Origin: Chlorokybus atmophyticus
Lineage: Eukaryota; Plantae; Mesostigma and Chlorokybus algae
Length of the DNA: 64,000 bases
Direction: 5' to 3'
Assembly: GCA_009103225.1 (NCBI GenBank)
Contig: RHPI01003578.1
Span: 1 to 64,000, forward strand
Both the position numbers and the translations under genes were made by a program. Under the pieces are notes generated by a model. The model did not search any database and was not told the DNA's origin. It saw nothing but the letters and a program-made list of their open reading frames with translations. Shown one piece after another: positions 49,025 through 61,249 of the stretch. How positions within the stretch are numbered: the first letter of the stretch is position 1; each line of letters begins with the position of its first letter.

Positions 49025-50715
49025 GAGATCTATCGACCCTTGCGACCCCCCAGCATGAGCTGTGTGTGTCGCATATAACTCGTGTGTGAGTTCGTTTACA
49101 TAAAGGGACTGACCTAGACTAATAGGTACCTATTGGATACCCCTCAATCAAGGAAAGGGGACTTGACCTAACAGTTAGGTACCGGCGACTGTTCCTTGAT
49201 GGTGCTTAACTATCAGGTAACTATGGGGTACCTTATGGTACCAAAGTACCTAACGGTAATGTCCTCAATACCTACCGGTACCGTTCAGTCATGAGCAGGT
49301 GCTGCATGCATGTAATTGTCGTCAACTGTAAGAGACGGTGAGTCACAAGCTTGACCAATCCATAAAATAAAAATAGCAATAAATTACATTAAATTTTGAT
49401 GCTATAGTGTAAACCACACTGAGCTACTACTATTACTACTACTACCCTATACTCAGCCGTCGCTCCTCTGCCGCAGCCGCCTCGCCGATCCTCCTTGTCA
49501 CGCCAATTACCCGACCATACCAGTCCTCCTCGAGCATGCCTACATGTAGCCCCAAGCCCAGGCTACCAGCATCAAGACCGCGCGCGCCCCAATCCACTGC
49601 TAGTTACTTCGTACTCTATGCAGCATGTAGCTAGGGCTACTCTATAAACGTCTCTATAAAAACCGCGTGTAGCTGATCAGTTAGGAATCTATTATTAGCT
49701 CATGTGCTATATCAAGGCTTAGGACATTTTTGTAGCAGCATACGGCCTCAATGTGACCGTTGACCTAGTGCCCATGTGGCATTGCACAGTCATGATTTGA
49801 CGTGTATATATAGGAAGTCATGTCACTCGCTAATGACACTATGAGTATTAAGAGTAGAGACTCTGACTGTAAGCTTGTGAAGCAACTTGAACTGGAAGCA
49901 CACCATCCCAATTGCCAAGGACTGCCTTACTGCGTGTTACACAATGTATGTTTTTGTGTGCTGTGCTTATTTTTGATGTGAGCTTGGCGGTGATGTGCTT
50001 GCTGCATCAGTCAGAACATAGCAACTCTAAGTTGCTTGTTCATTCACCTCACTCAACAATATAGTACATCATCCACTTATGCAAAAAATTGTGTATACAG
50101 CACTACCTATTGTAGTGGCTTGTTTACTCACAGTGTCATCCTCTCTGCTCAAGTGAGTGCATCGCATTCTGCATCAATTTGTGCAGTTTGTACCTGGGGA
50201 TACATTTTCGTGTATCTCATTTCGTTATCATTGTCATCACATAGTGCGCACACAAGCACTTGTGTGGTGAGTGGTAGCAGCATCGAGACAGTTGGTAGAG
50301 CACAAGCACTCTACCCTGCATACACTTTCACCTGTGGACTACCTATATGAGCAGACCCACCCCGTTAGTTCTCTCCAATAGACGAGGGTGACCTCAGCAG
50401 CTAAAGCCCAACTTCCAATCTCGCCTACGAGCGGACCAGCGACGGGAGCAACGATCGCAGCAGCAAAGGCTCGCAGTTTGTCTCCGGGGTCACTCTGTTC
50501 CGGTCTACCCCTCGCCGACGAGCTTCCCCACAATCATCCGACACGCGACAACTACGAGATGGACTCTTTTAGCTCAACCACATCCCTGCGCTTCTCCGGA
50601 CGTGCTGGCACTACCTCGCTGACAAATTCATGACTAAATTCCATTCCAAGATGCGACATCAACCTCTAAAGAACAAAGAGAAGTCAGATAAGATTTTCAC
50701 ACTGCTGCTCGGTGT

Positions 50716-51760
50716 TTGGACTATGAAGCACGCAATGCCTGGAAGTCTGTTGCTAAACTGCATCCAGTTGATGGCTATGGCGAGCTCGCCAGCATTACAG
50801 CATCTACGTCACTGCGCAATTCAGTAGCCGTTTCTCCACCTGCAACTCCCGCTGCAGTCATTGGCTTGTCCATAGCTGCAGCCATTGACGGTGCAAAGGA
50901 GGTGGAGCCTGAGTTGGTGATTGTCAACCTAACCCCTACAGAGATTAAGACCAAGACGGCCGCACGACGGGCCTGGATCCTGGACCAGTCCGCTTCTATC
51001 TTTGAGAAACAATAAGCTGCAATCGATGAGGTGGGCACAGTTCTACCTCTGGCAACACCTAGCTCTTGTGCGGGAGGCAGTGCTTTTACCCTCGGGCGAG
51101 TTGCACTGCGCGCACTAGCCATCACCATAGGTGCTGCCATCTCTGACTCCCCACTTAAGGACCTATACGCTGCACTTCATTGCACCTTCCCACCTAAAAC
51201 TACAAAAACAAAGTGAAGGAGCTGAGACGGTTTGAACGCAAGCCCAGCGAGGACCCTCTACGCCTGTACTCCAGACTGGAAGAGCTGTTGAAGGACATTG
51301 ACTACAAGATTGTCAGTGGCGAGGCTGCTGCAGTGGTGTCTGTTCATGAGTTGGATGCCACTCTGAGCGAGTCGACGCGCCTGACCCTAAACTACAGCAG
51401 GCCCCTTGGCTACACGCTCAATGAAGCTTTTCAGACTGCACAAGCCATCCACAAGCGCTTGGTGTATGAGAAGGCAGTGCCGGACACCAATCGCAGTGCC
51501 TCACGGCCTGTAGATAGCACAACTACTAAGCCTCCTCGCTGCGAGCGTGGCCGGGACGCTTCACCGAGCTCGCAACGAAGGGAAACGATCAACTTATACT
51601 GCTTTGCCTATCCGTGTGCGGTGTCATCGCTGTGGACGGCATGGGCACTATATAAAGGAGTGCACCGAAGCATACTCAACCCTGGTCTGCAACTACCGTC
51701 ATAAGACGGGCCACTTTAGTCAAGCTGCTGGTTCAAGTTCCCTGAGTTAAGACCAGCCAA
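50716..51760 (+). pseudogene. Gag-like region with CCHC knuckle(s)
   Basis: KELRRFERKPSEDPLRLYSRLEEL (capsid-like); CHRCGRHGHYIKEC at 51622-51663 and a degenerate second knuckle (CNYRHKTGH). Confidence 0.7.
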
Positions 51761-52610
51761 CAGCTACAGCAACAACTACTCTGGTGGCTACAACAGCAAT
51801 GACACTGGGGGCCACTACGGCAACAACTCTGGTGGCTACAATAGCAACCACACCGGAAATCATATTAACAACAACAACTACGCCAATGCTCGCAAGGAAG
51901 AGCAGGGCTACAGGGGGAAGGAGTCCTCCTCAGCGCAAGGGACTGGAAGGACGTCCGCGCGCTGCTATTGTCGCCAAGGCTTTAGCCAACCCGCCAGCTA
52001 ATGACCATATTGCTCCTCCCATGGCGCGTATTGCACGCTTGAAAATAGACAAGGAGGAAGACTACCGCGCCTGCTACTCTGCTCGGTGGGCACTGATGGC
52101 TCCAAAGCGCACAAGAGCCACGAGCACTCCGCCACGTGTTCAACCATCTCGGCGAGCACGAGGGGAAGCTGCAACATTGTCAACAGCTACCTCCTTTAAA
52201 GCCACCAGTGGTACTGCATCAGCAACAGCCCCATTGGCTACGACGTCAACTCCGTCAACGTCAGCAGCAACTACTCCAGTTGCACCAGGAGTTGGTATAT
52301 GAGTGGGCACTGTGACACTAACACCGGTAAGCGCGATGGCCACAGCCACTGCTATCACCGACTTCGCAGCAATAAAATAAAACGCACAAATCCCGCTCCA
52401 GGTACAGGACCACTTGTATCAGAGAGCGTTGAAACCGCTCTCGCGCCACTGACCGGCGCTATCGCAACCACTATCAGTGCTAGTGTTGTCGAGTTCGCTG
52501 CCACTGCAGCGACGCGCGCAGCTACGTTGCCCGTCCTCGACATCACTCAGGCTGTCGCGCGAGGTCAGCAAGCTGAGCGCGCATGGGAGACCATCATGCA
52601 TGAAGTAGAT

Positions 52611-53037
52611 TGTGAAAGGTATCACATGGGTGATGCTTGTATCCGGTCAGCTTGCCCTCCCACACAAGAGTCGAGAGTCGAAGGTATGTGCTGAGCACGT
52701 GGACTCCGGACTTAGCAAGACGGTCGAGCCAGGACGGACTCCGGACTAGATGCTGAGTAGAGCGTTGGGAGAAACCGCGTAGCTTTGTGAATACGTAAGC
52801 TTAGTAGGCGTGGCTTAGCTTGTTGAAAAGCTCTGGTCGTGAGCTAAACATCACAACTTAAAGCGCGTTGAAAGGCTGAGTAGTCGCGCACGTGGTGCTT
52901 GCAAATGTAGACGTGTGTAGAAACTGGTGGGGTATAAAACCCCTAAACCCCTGGACTTGTATGGCATTAAAGGCAGTAGCAGTCATGCTCTTGTGTTGAT
53001 GTTGTTGGCGTGTCACTTGCACGTGTGTATGTAAACA
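52611..53037 (+). mobile_element. Solo Copia LTR (same family as 27399-27856) nested in the Gypsy element
   Basis: TG..CA ends; TSD TAGAT (52606-52610 and 53038-53042). Confidence 0.9.
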
Positions 53038-54649
53038 TAGATCCCACTACCATTGCTTTTGGGCGAGGAGGAGAGCGCACCACGCACGTTGAATGCAGTA
53101 ATTGTGTCTTCTCACTGCATGAGCCTCACACCCTGCCAGAGCAGACTCAGCGGCAACTGAAGGATAAAATCCTTGCCAGCACGGCGCATCCTATGCGAGA
53201 CCGCGTCTTTGTGGTCATAACACCTGTTGTGCTGGAGTTGGCCCTGCAGCTGTTCTAAACTTTGCATGACAACATGCAGAACGCGCCACGCCAGCGCATA
53301 CACACCCGTCGCAAGCCTTTCGAGCCAAGTTAGCTGAACACGTATCCTGACCGGCAACCCAATATGCAGCAGCACATCAGTGAGGCATCCAACATGTGTT
53401 TTGGTAACGACGAAGCATGGAGGCCCCTCAGTACTGCTCGGCCTCACGAGCGATACACCGCTATGGAACAAGCGTTCACCTGGCGGTAGGAACAAACTGC
53501 AGCTATCAACGCAAGAGCGCAAGCCTTTGCTGCTGCTTGCACTACCGTTCTTCAACCAACAATTGCTGGCCCATCATTCAGCACGACATCTTTTGCCGTT
53601 GCGCCCGACATTGACCAGGTGAGGGCGCTGGCCCAACAAATAAGGGAGGTAATCGCCTCGCTGCTACCCGCCTTGGTGGAAGACTTGCCTGATGATAAAC
53701 GAGATTCAGAGAGAGGCTACCTCACACCACAAGGTGTACACAACAGGATGGAGCAAGCTCAGCTGGAGAACAGCAAGTTCGCACTGCCCTGTTGCGACAA
53801 GCGACCATGCTACATCAAAAAGAAGGCATCGGCCTGAGACGGATGATTGGGATGTGAGCAAGTGGCAATGCTGCGCGAGCGACACTAGTGACTTGGCTAG
53901 TCACCAATCATCCCGTACTCCCTCTGATCGCATTCGGCACCAATTCGTTATGCTTGGACGCCTTCCTTCGCTTACTACGGCAAGCCTACCACGAGGTTGC
54001 TATGAGTGGAAGTAGCGCAACAACGCGGACGCATCGCAGGAACTTATGAGTAGCACGTCCATCAGCCAGAGATTTACCGCACTGTGCGTGCACGAGCAAC
54101 TATGGTGCTAAAAGTGGGGGAGATTAATGGCAGATGGGATGCCTACATGGTTGGGATCCTCAGGGTTGCCACTATTGCTCATGACAAAAAAGCGCGACTC
54201 TTGCGCGTAATGTATCCAACCCATGCTTCAGAACCATCGCTGCAGTGATGTGGTCGATAACACAACATCCACATGGGAAGGTACACTGGTCAGGGAGGCG
54301 GCTCATGCAGTATACTAAACTTATGTGGAAAAACAGGCTGCACGGGAAGCGAGCCCACAAACACCCGGTCCTCAAGGGTTTTCCCCACAGCCATTGGCTA
54401 CGCCGCCAGGTATGACCCCGGCCATATAGAGGCGCAATCCCCCTGCGCCACAACCATGGCAGCTATAGGCAGCATCGCCAGCACCCAGGCCGCAGCGGAC
54501 ATACCAACAGCCAACACAAGGACGGTTCGGCCACGCAGCGGACAAGGCGGTTCTCAAGACTCAGCCGGCCGAGGGGCGCTAGCCGCATTGCGCTCGACAC
54601 CATCGGAGGAGATTGTAGCAGCAGTCACCCCACGCACACGCTACCGACG

Positions 54650-55015
54650 CTTTAAGCGGCTGCGCATCAACATCAACGTTGCGATGATCGCCAATAAAAG
54701 CACGCATATTACCATCAATGGGCGAGCACCCAAGCGCGTGATGTTAGATTCCGGAGCCCATCCTGTCATAATTAGACGTTACCTCGCACGCGACCTCGGC
54801 ATTACCAGCGCTGATGCCCTGCCCATACGTGCTTGGCACAGCAACCGGCAGCCGGGACAAGGATTGACATCACCAAGCAGGCCCTCTGCATTCGCTTTAC
54901 AGGGTTGGACCCTTCCAACAACACCGAGGTCATACATAAGTGTGTGGTCACACTTGCAGGATTCTTCGACCTGCTGCTAAGACAGGACTTCAACTTTCCT
55001 GTTGCATGGGGCTGA
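54650..55015 (+). pseudogene. Retroviral-type aspartic protease
   Basis: ITINGRAPKRVMLDSGAHPVII and FDLLLRQDF (DLLLG-type motif). Confidence 0.85.
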
Positions 55016-55414
55016 ACTGCTGGACAGAGAAGGCATGATTTCGTCCCTATTGGATGAGGAGGATGGAGAGGTTCAAGGATACCTGCCTCTCGAGCTGGTG
55101 GCTCGCACTCGCTTTTAATAAAAGTTAGCTACGACAGCCACCTACAAGTCGGCTTCAACAACCACTAACAGGTCAGCAGTGGTAGTCACTAACCAGGACT
55201 CTCCTATCCCATACAATAAGTCCTAGGAGGATGCCAGCAAAGAAGTGGCCCAACAGAAACCATCTGAACGCTGTTGGCGCGCACAAGTGGTCGCACATTT
55301 ACTACTAACCAGACCACGGCTCACTGCACGGTTCCCTCTCTATAATGATCAAGTTGTAGTCCAGGAGCAACATCAGGTGGCCACCGGAGTAATAGAGTTT
55401 TTCGCCGACAACAA

Positions 55415-56390
55415 GGCATCACCGTGTTGAAACTGTTTGAAGGTATAGGTAGTGGCCTTGCCGCTGTCCTCAACACCGGCGTGCCGGTCACCGAGTACCT
55501 CTACTATGACCGCGTGTGGTCCTGATCAACACGCACAGATTGCCCTGCGCCACCACTTTTGCCACCTACACATATACTACCCGCAGCAACTGCCACTATC
55601 AGCACTACAAGGCAGTCTGAAGGCACTACCACAGGACATTCGTTTAATCACTGCGGATCACCTCCTGGCAATGGGCAACATCGACCTGCTGATAGCAGGA
55701 TGAGATTGTCAAGGACACTCCAGTACAGGAAGAGGCCAAGGTCTCATTGATCCTCCCTTGCAACTGTCTTTAGAGCTGATGCGCGTCATTATGGGTCTAC
55801 TGAGCAACCAGAGTTTCAGGCCTCTGGGGTACATCATCAAAAACGTGCACTCCGAGGACGATAAGCGTTATCACGTGGTCAACAGCTTTCGACAGGTGTG
55901 TTCCCTGTTAGAGCATCTTCTTAAAAGTAACGCAGCGCGTCATGGATCCCGTGCTCATTGTGTCCGGGTCAAGTGGACCAACCTGGCTACAATCAAGGAG
56001 CTTTTCGCCGCTGAATATCTGCACAACAGTTGTTTACGCGATTGCACCGTCGATACTGTTTTGTATCCTTGGCGCACAGCACAGCTGGTCACGCCACATG
56101 ATGACCAGTACTTCTACCGGTGCAACCAACCTGATCAACCGCGCCGTGCGCTCCCCTATCTAGTGCTTTACCCAGGATAATACACCTTCCGCAACAAAGG
56201 CGAAGGTGTCAAATTTCAACACAAGCCAGCTTGAGGCACCCAGCACTTGTGAGCGCGAACACGCCATGAGATTCTCTTTAGGCACTATCACAGGTTCTAT
56301 GCTGACCGACAGTCAGCAGTGTCAGTTGTTGGGGCGCGCCATGGATCATAGCATCATGGTGTGGTTGTTGGAGATGTGCTTTTTCTCTCA
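55415..56390 (+). pseudogene. C5 cytosine DNA methyltransferase catalytic domain, DNMT3-like, decayed
   Basis: Motif I GITVLKLFEGIGSGLAAVL; motif IV DLLIAG*DCQGHSSTG (Cys codon 55707-55709); motif VI GYIIKNV; motif VIII NAARHGSRAHCVRVKWTNL; motifs IX-X EREHAMRF..LLGRAMD. Confidence 0.88.
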
Positions 56391-56749
56391 AAGATCGCCA
56401 TGTGTCCTTTCAGGAGCTCAAACACCGGGGGGGGGGGGGGGGGGGNNNNNNNNNNNNNNNNNNNNNNNNNNNNNNNNNNNNNNNNNNNNNNNNNNNNNNN
56501 NNNNNNNNNNNNNNNNNNNNNNNNNNNNNNNNNNNNNNNNNNNNNNNNNNNNNNNNNNNNNAACATGGGGGGGGGGCGAATCGCGTTTAAAAGATCAAAG
56601 TTGCACACACTGCCCTCGAGATCGCCCACATGGAGGAGCAGGCAGCAGGCGCTGTGGACATTCCAGTAGTCGCCAACGCTACCTCTTAGCCCCACGCCAT
56701 CGAAGCGCAGGCTACATGCCAGATACGAGAACAACTCGAGGCTCTCCTC

Positions 56750-59700
56750 AACAAGTGGAGGAGCCAGTTCAGCTTCGGCGTGTAGGAGCTGATCTGCTCA
56801 ATTTACCAAGTGGACATCGAGTTGATGGACCCCGAACTGGTGTTCCGATGACAGTACAGACTTTCCAAGTTTTAAGAAAGCTTGGTGGAGCAGAGGTGCA
56901 AGGCGCTGTTAGATGCAGGCCTGATTAAGGAGACATTATCGGACTTTGCGTCCGCGACCGTCATGCCCCTTGAAGAAGAATGCAACAGGCAACTGGACAA
57001 ACCGGCGTATGTTCAGTGATTACCGCCCCCTCAATAACAAGACCAAGCAAGATAGATACCCAATGTCTACTGCACAAGGTATTTTTAATGATGTAGGAGA
57101 CTGTACAGTCTTCAGTATCGTGGACATGCGCTAAGGGTACTACCACATTGCCATTAAGCAGAAGGACAAGCACAAGGCCTCCTTCTGGGGCAACCCACAG
57201 CTGTACCAGTGGAAGGTCATGCCCTTCAAACTGAACAATGCTCTTGCCAAGTTCCAGCGTATAATGGACAAAGCCCTCAAGGGATTTGACTTCGCACGCT
57301 GCTACATCAACCACATCCTCATCTTCGGTCGCAGCAATGATGATGAGAAGCATCTTGGGCACATCGAGGTGGTGCTACAGAAACCGAAGGAAGTAGGGAT
57401 GACGGTGCACCCCGACAAGTGCACCTTCTTTACCCACAATGTACCGTATCTAGTGCACATGATCGTGCCCCACGGTGTATATGTACAGCAGGCCAAGGTG
57501 GAGGCACGGGTGGCCATCCCTTGCCTCGCAGATCTCAAGCGACTACGTGCTTTTCTCGATCTTGCCAACTACTATAGACGGTTCGTCAAGGACTTCGCAA
57601 AGATCGTGTGGCCACTTAATGAGCTGAGGAAGGACACGGAGTTCATGTGAAAAGAGGCACAATAAAAGACCTTTGAGGAGTTGAAGCTCCAACTTACCAC
57701 ACCTCCCATTCTTCAGCGACTTGACGACAACATATCATCCTGCACATAGATTGGCGCAAGCTTGGCATGGGAGCAGTGCTCGTGCAGCACGATGACAACA
57801 AAAAGGAGCGCGTAGTGATGTATACCAGCCGCAGCACCAACAGCGCTGAGGCCAACCACAGCAGCTATAAGGGGGAATGTCTCGCCGTAGTATGGGCCAT
57901 CTCCTCCTTCCGCCCCTTTCTGTTTAGTTGGCAATTCCAACTGATCACCGACCACCAACCACTGAAGTGGCTGATGACCAACCAGCACCTGACAAGCAAG
58001 CGGGCACGGTGGGCACCACTGCTGCAGGTATAACTTTGAGGTGGAGCATCGGGTAGGCCTATTTCAGGATGCAGACGGCCTTAGTCGCAACCCTCACCTT
58101 AGCACCAACGATGTGACAAAAGCCCGACACGAGTTGGGCCTGCAGCCGCACCTCTAAATGTAGCGGCCTTGTTTGCTGTCGCTGCACTACGTCCAGGACG
58201 CAAGACCTAGGCCACTAAGGCAGCAGCAGACGAGGACGTGCCTTCTCTTGGGCCCATTCTTACCTTCACCGTCACCGCCCCTTTATAAAAGGAAGCGCTC
58301 GCCACCGACCCTGAGGTGGACAATGAGGAGTTGGCATCCACCGACACACGACAGGACATCTGGATTGACAACCCGTCCCTCGCACTGCTCCAAACTGGAC
58401 AATTTCCAGCAGGCATGAGCGCGCGCAAGACGGCCGCATCAGTTAATGCACTTAGCACTATTGTTGGGCCGACGACAAGCTGTACCGACGGATACAGATT
58501 GAGGACAAGAAGGTCCCAGCACCAACTGCGCGAAAAGGCATCGTCGCTGCTCTTCACACCGAGCTCGAACACTTCGGTGTCAAGCGCACGGCCAGTCTGG
58601 TCAAAACTCAGTACTTGTGGTATGGGGTGCACAAACAGGTGCGCAAGTTTGTCAGCGACTGCCAGCAGTGTGACATGGTCCGCGCGAGCCTCAACACGCG
58701 TTACGCCACCTTGCATCCCCTCCCCATCTCGGAACTGTTCTACCGCTGGGGAGTGGACATCCTCAGGGACTTATCGCCCTCAGCACGAGGCAACCGCTAC
58801 ATTGTCATCATGATCGAGCACTTTTCCAAATGGGTGGAGCTAGTGCCCCTTCCCAATAAAAGCAGCGAGGGAGTAGCCCAGGCTTTCCTCTCCCATGTAC
58901 TCAAACGCTTCTGCAGCTGTGCTGAAGTCATCACCGACTAAGGTACGGAGTTCAAAAGAGCCTCCGGAGGAGCCTTTGACAAGCTCGTGGACAGATACTT
59001 CATCAACCATCGCCGCACTTTACGCGACCATCCACAAGACTCTGGTCTTGCTGAGCGTACCGTGCAGATCATCAAGAAGGCTTTGCGCAAGTACGTCCTC
59101 GACTACGAGAAGAACACATGGGATGACCACCTCCCATGGGTAGCACTGAGGTACCGGCTGTCCAAGCAGGCAGCATTGCGGGAGTACATCCCGTACTATT
59201 TGCTATATGAAAGGCAGCCATCGCTCCCTTTGCGCGCACAGCAGGAAGTCGACAGAGTGGTGGACAATGTCGACAACCCGGACGAGATGCTGTATGATCT
59301 AATAGTGCGCAGCGCACTGTTTGAGCACACTGTCCCCATGGCCTTCAACAACCGGCGCGCTGCTCAGCACCGCGACACGCTTCGCTACGAGCGTGTGCGC
59401 AGCGGTTCTTACAAGGAGCGAGAACGCTGCTTCCACCTAAGAAACTTCGGCTACCGCATGGCGGCCACACACGACACCCTCGACACCTCCGACAGGCACG
59501 CTGTCTATAAGGTATTGAACGTGTATCCGATAGGGGTACTGGACTTTCAGAGACAACAAGGCGAGCACACGAAGGACGACAAGGTGAACTGCGCGCCCTG
59601 TCATCGTCCCCACGTCGCTGGCTTCAGCAAGATCCAGCACCCTCGATCATTGCGAAGCACCCGCTGCGAGAAATATGGCAGTGCCGACAACGACCCGGTG

Positions 59701-59826
59701 ATGCTGTTATGCGAAGGCTGCAACCAAGGCATGCACAACTACTGCCTTGACCCATTAGACAAGGTGCCGCTGTGGGAGTATTCGTGCGATGACTGCCGCA
59801 TCAACGGTCCTCCACACAGTTGGTAA
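56750..59826 (+). pseudogene. Gypsy RT, RNase H and integrase with a C-terminal PHD finger (59665-59796)
   Basis: RMFSDYRPLN, DMR*GY, VMPFKL.N, GAVLVQ..YSSYKGECLAVVWA..TDHQPL, RWGVDI, TD*GTEF, GLAERTVQ; CEKYGSADNDPVMLLCEGCNQGMHNYCLDPLDKVPLWEYSCDDC in the integrase ORF 58987-59826. Confidence 0.9.
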
Positions 59827-61249
59827 CAGCTGAGTCCAAAAGCAGGAGGCTACCCCAGAATATCAGGGCCGTGGCTTGTTGACTGTGTGTACTACAGCAC
59901 AATAGGTACAGCAAGGAGGAGAGCGTGACCAGCTCTACTACTGACCGATCCTCACATAGGTTCATCCCTGCGCCTATGCCTATGGCTGAGGGGTTGTCTT
60001 TGTTTGTGTTGCTCTAATGCTGCGTGTAGCACCAGCATGCCCACGGCATGAGCGCTCGTCGGCAGTGTGCCCGAGACGGCATGACCCTCAATCATGGCAG
60101 GCACGACGCTTGGCCTGGTCGGCAAGGGCGTAAACACAACGGCATCATACACTATGACACATGATACATATGCCGCTTGGCCTGGTCGGCAAGGGCATAA
60201 ACACAACGGCATCATACACTATGACACATGATACATATGAACAAACTCACCTACCATGCCATTGCCGCCGCCACCGCCCTAGGCTGGCCTGGCCTGCAAG
60301 AAGAACGGTTGGGTTGCGCTGTTGCGCTTAACATGACATCATGCATGCAACTTAACTACTATGTGTACACACACATTCACAAACTCACCAATTGTCGCCG
60401 CCGCCACCACCGCCGTCACTGCCACCGTCACCGTTGCCGCCGCCGCCGCCGCCGTCACCGCCGCCGCCGCACAACTGTCTTCAATTATGAAGTCGTTCGG
60501 CGTTTAAAATGCTGCTTTTCAACTGCTCAACGGCTTCAAGTTTAATGGTATGATTGTACCATAAAAATAGCACAACGCCTCCATTGTACAATCAAATTAT
60601 GAGCTCCGTAGATGATACTTTGATGGGACTGTTGTACCATCACAATGGTGCTATTGTTTCATTAGGTGTGCCGAGTATAATTAACCGGACTAATAGGTAC
60701 TCGCCGCCATCGCTCGTTCCTCTTAGGAGACTTAGTCGGAACTTGCGTGGTCTTGCTTGTTAATGTAGGTTAATCGCCACTGCGGCTTGTGTACGGCCGG
60801 CGGCCGCGGGTCAACTCTGACTCCTTGGTATCGACCGTCGCCATAAGGGCCTGAACATACACTTGATTGCCATAACAGGTAGGTTGCCATTGCGGAAGCT
60901 GTATGATCGGCGGTCAAAATATATTGCTGTCACGTTATTACCGATAGGCAATAGTCCACTGTACTGTACAATAGGCGGTCGGCAATGAAGTAGGGTCCAT
61001 AGTATGCACCGGCAGTGCGTTCATTCCCTTTATGGTCCAAGTTGTTTGGGTTCGTTAGGGCTAAATAGGATTAGGCACCCCGACAGTCCCTCGTTCTCTT
61101 GTCAGCCACCATGTAAGTTTTGCAACGGTTACAATTATTCATGTTGCCAACAGACTGCCATATGTTGTGAACATTGTCCACAACATGCTTCAACCCAAAC
61201 TTTAAACAGACGACGCTATGCCACATCAATCGAGCAGCATGTATATAAT

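Larger units (their letters stand above)
50340..59826 (+). mobile_element. Decayed Ty3/Gypsy retrotransposon: gag(CCHC) - unassigned region - PR - C5 DNA methyltransferase - RT - RH - IN - PHD; LTRs not identified, boundaries approximate
   Basis: All domains collinear on the plus strand in PR-RT-RH-IN (Gypsy) order; numerous stops and frameshifts. Confidence 0.85.

Noticed and set aside
59826-60240. 3' LTR of the DNMT-bearing Gypsy element
   Set aside because: No match found by eye to 49025-50340; only a local 67-bp tandem duplication (60107-60239) is visible.
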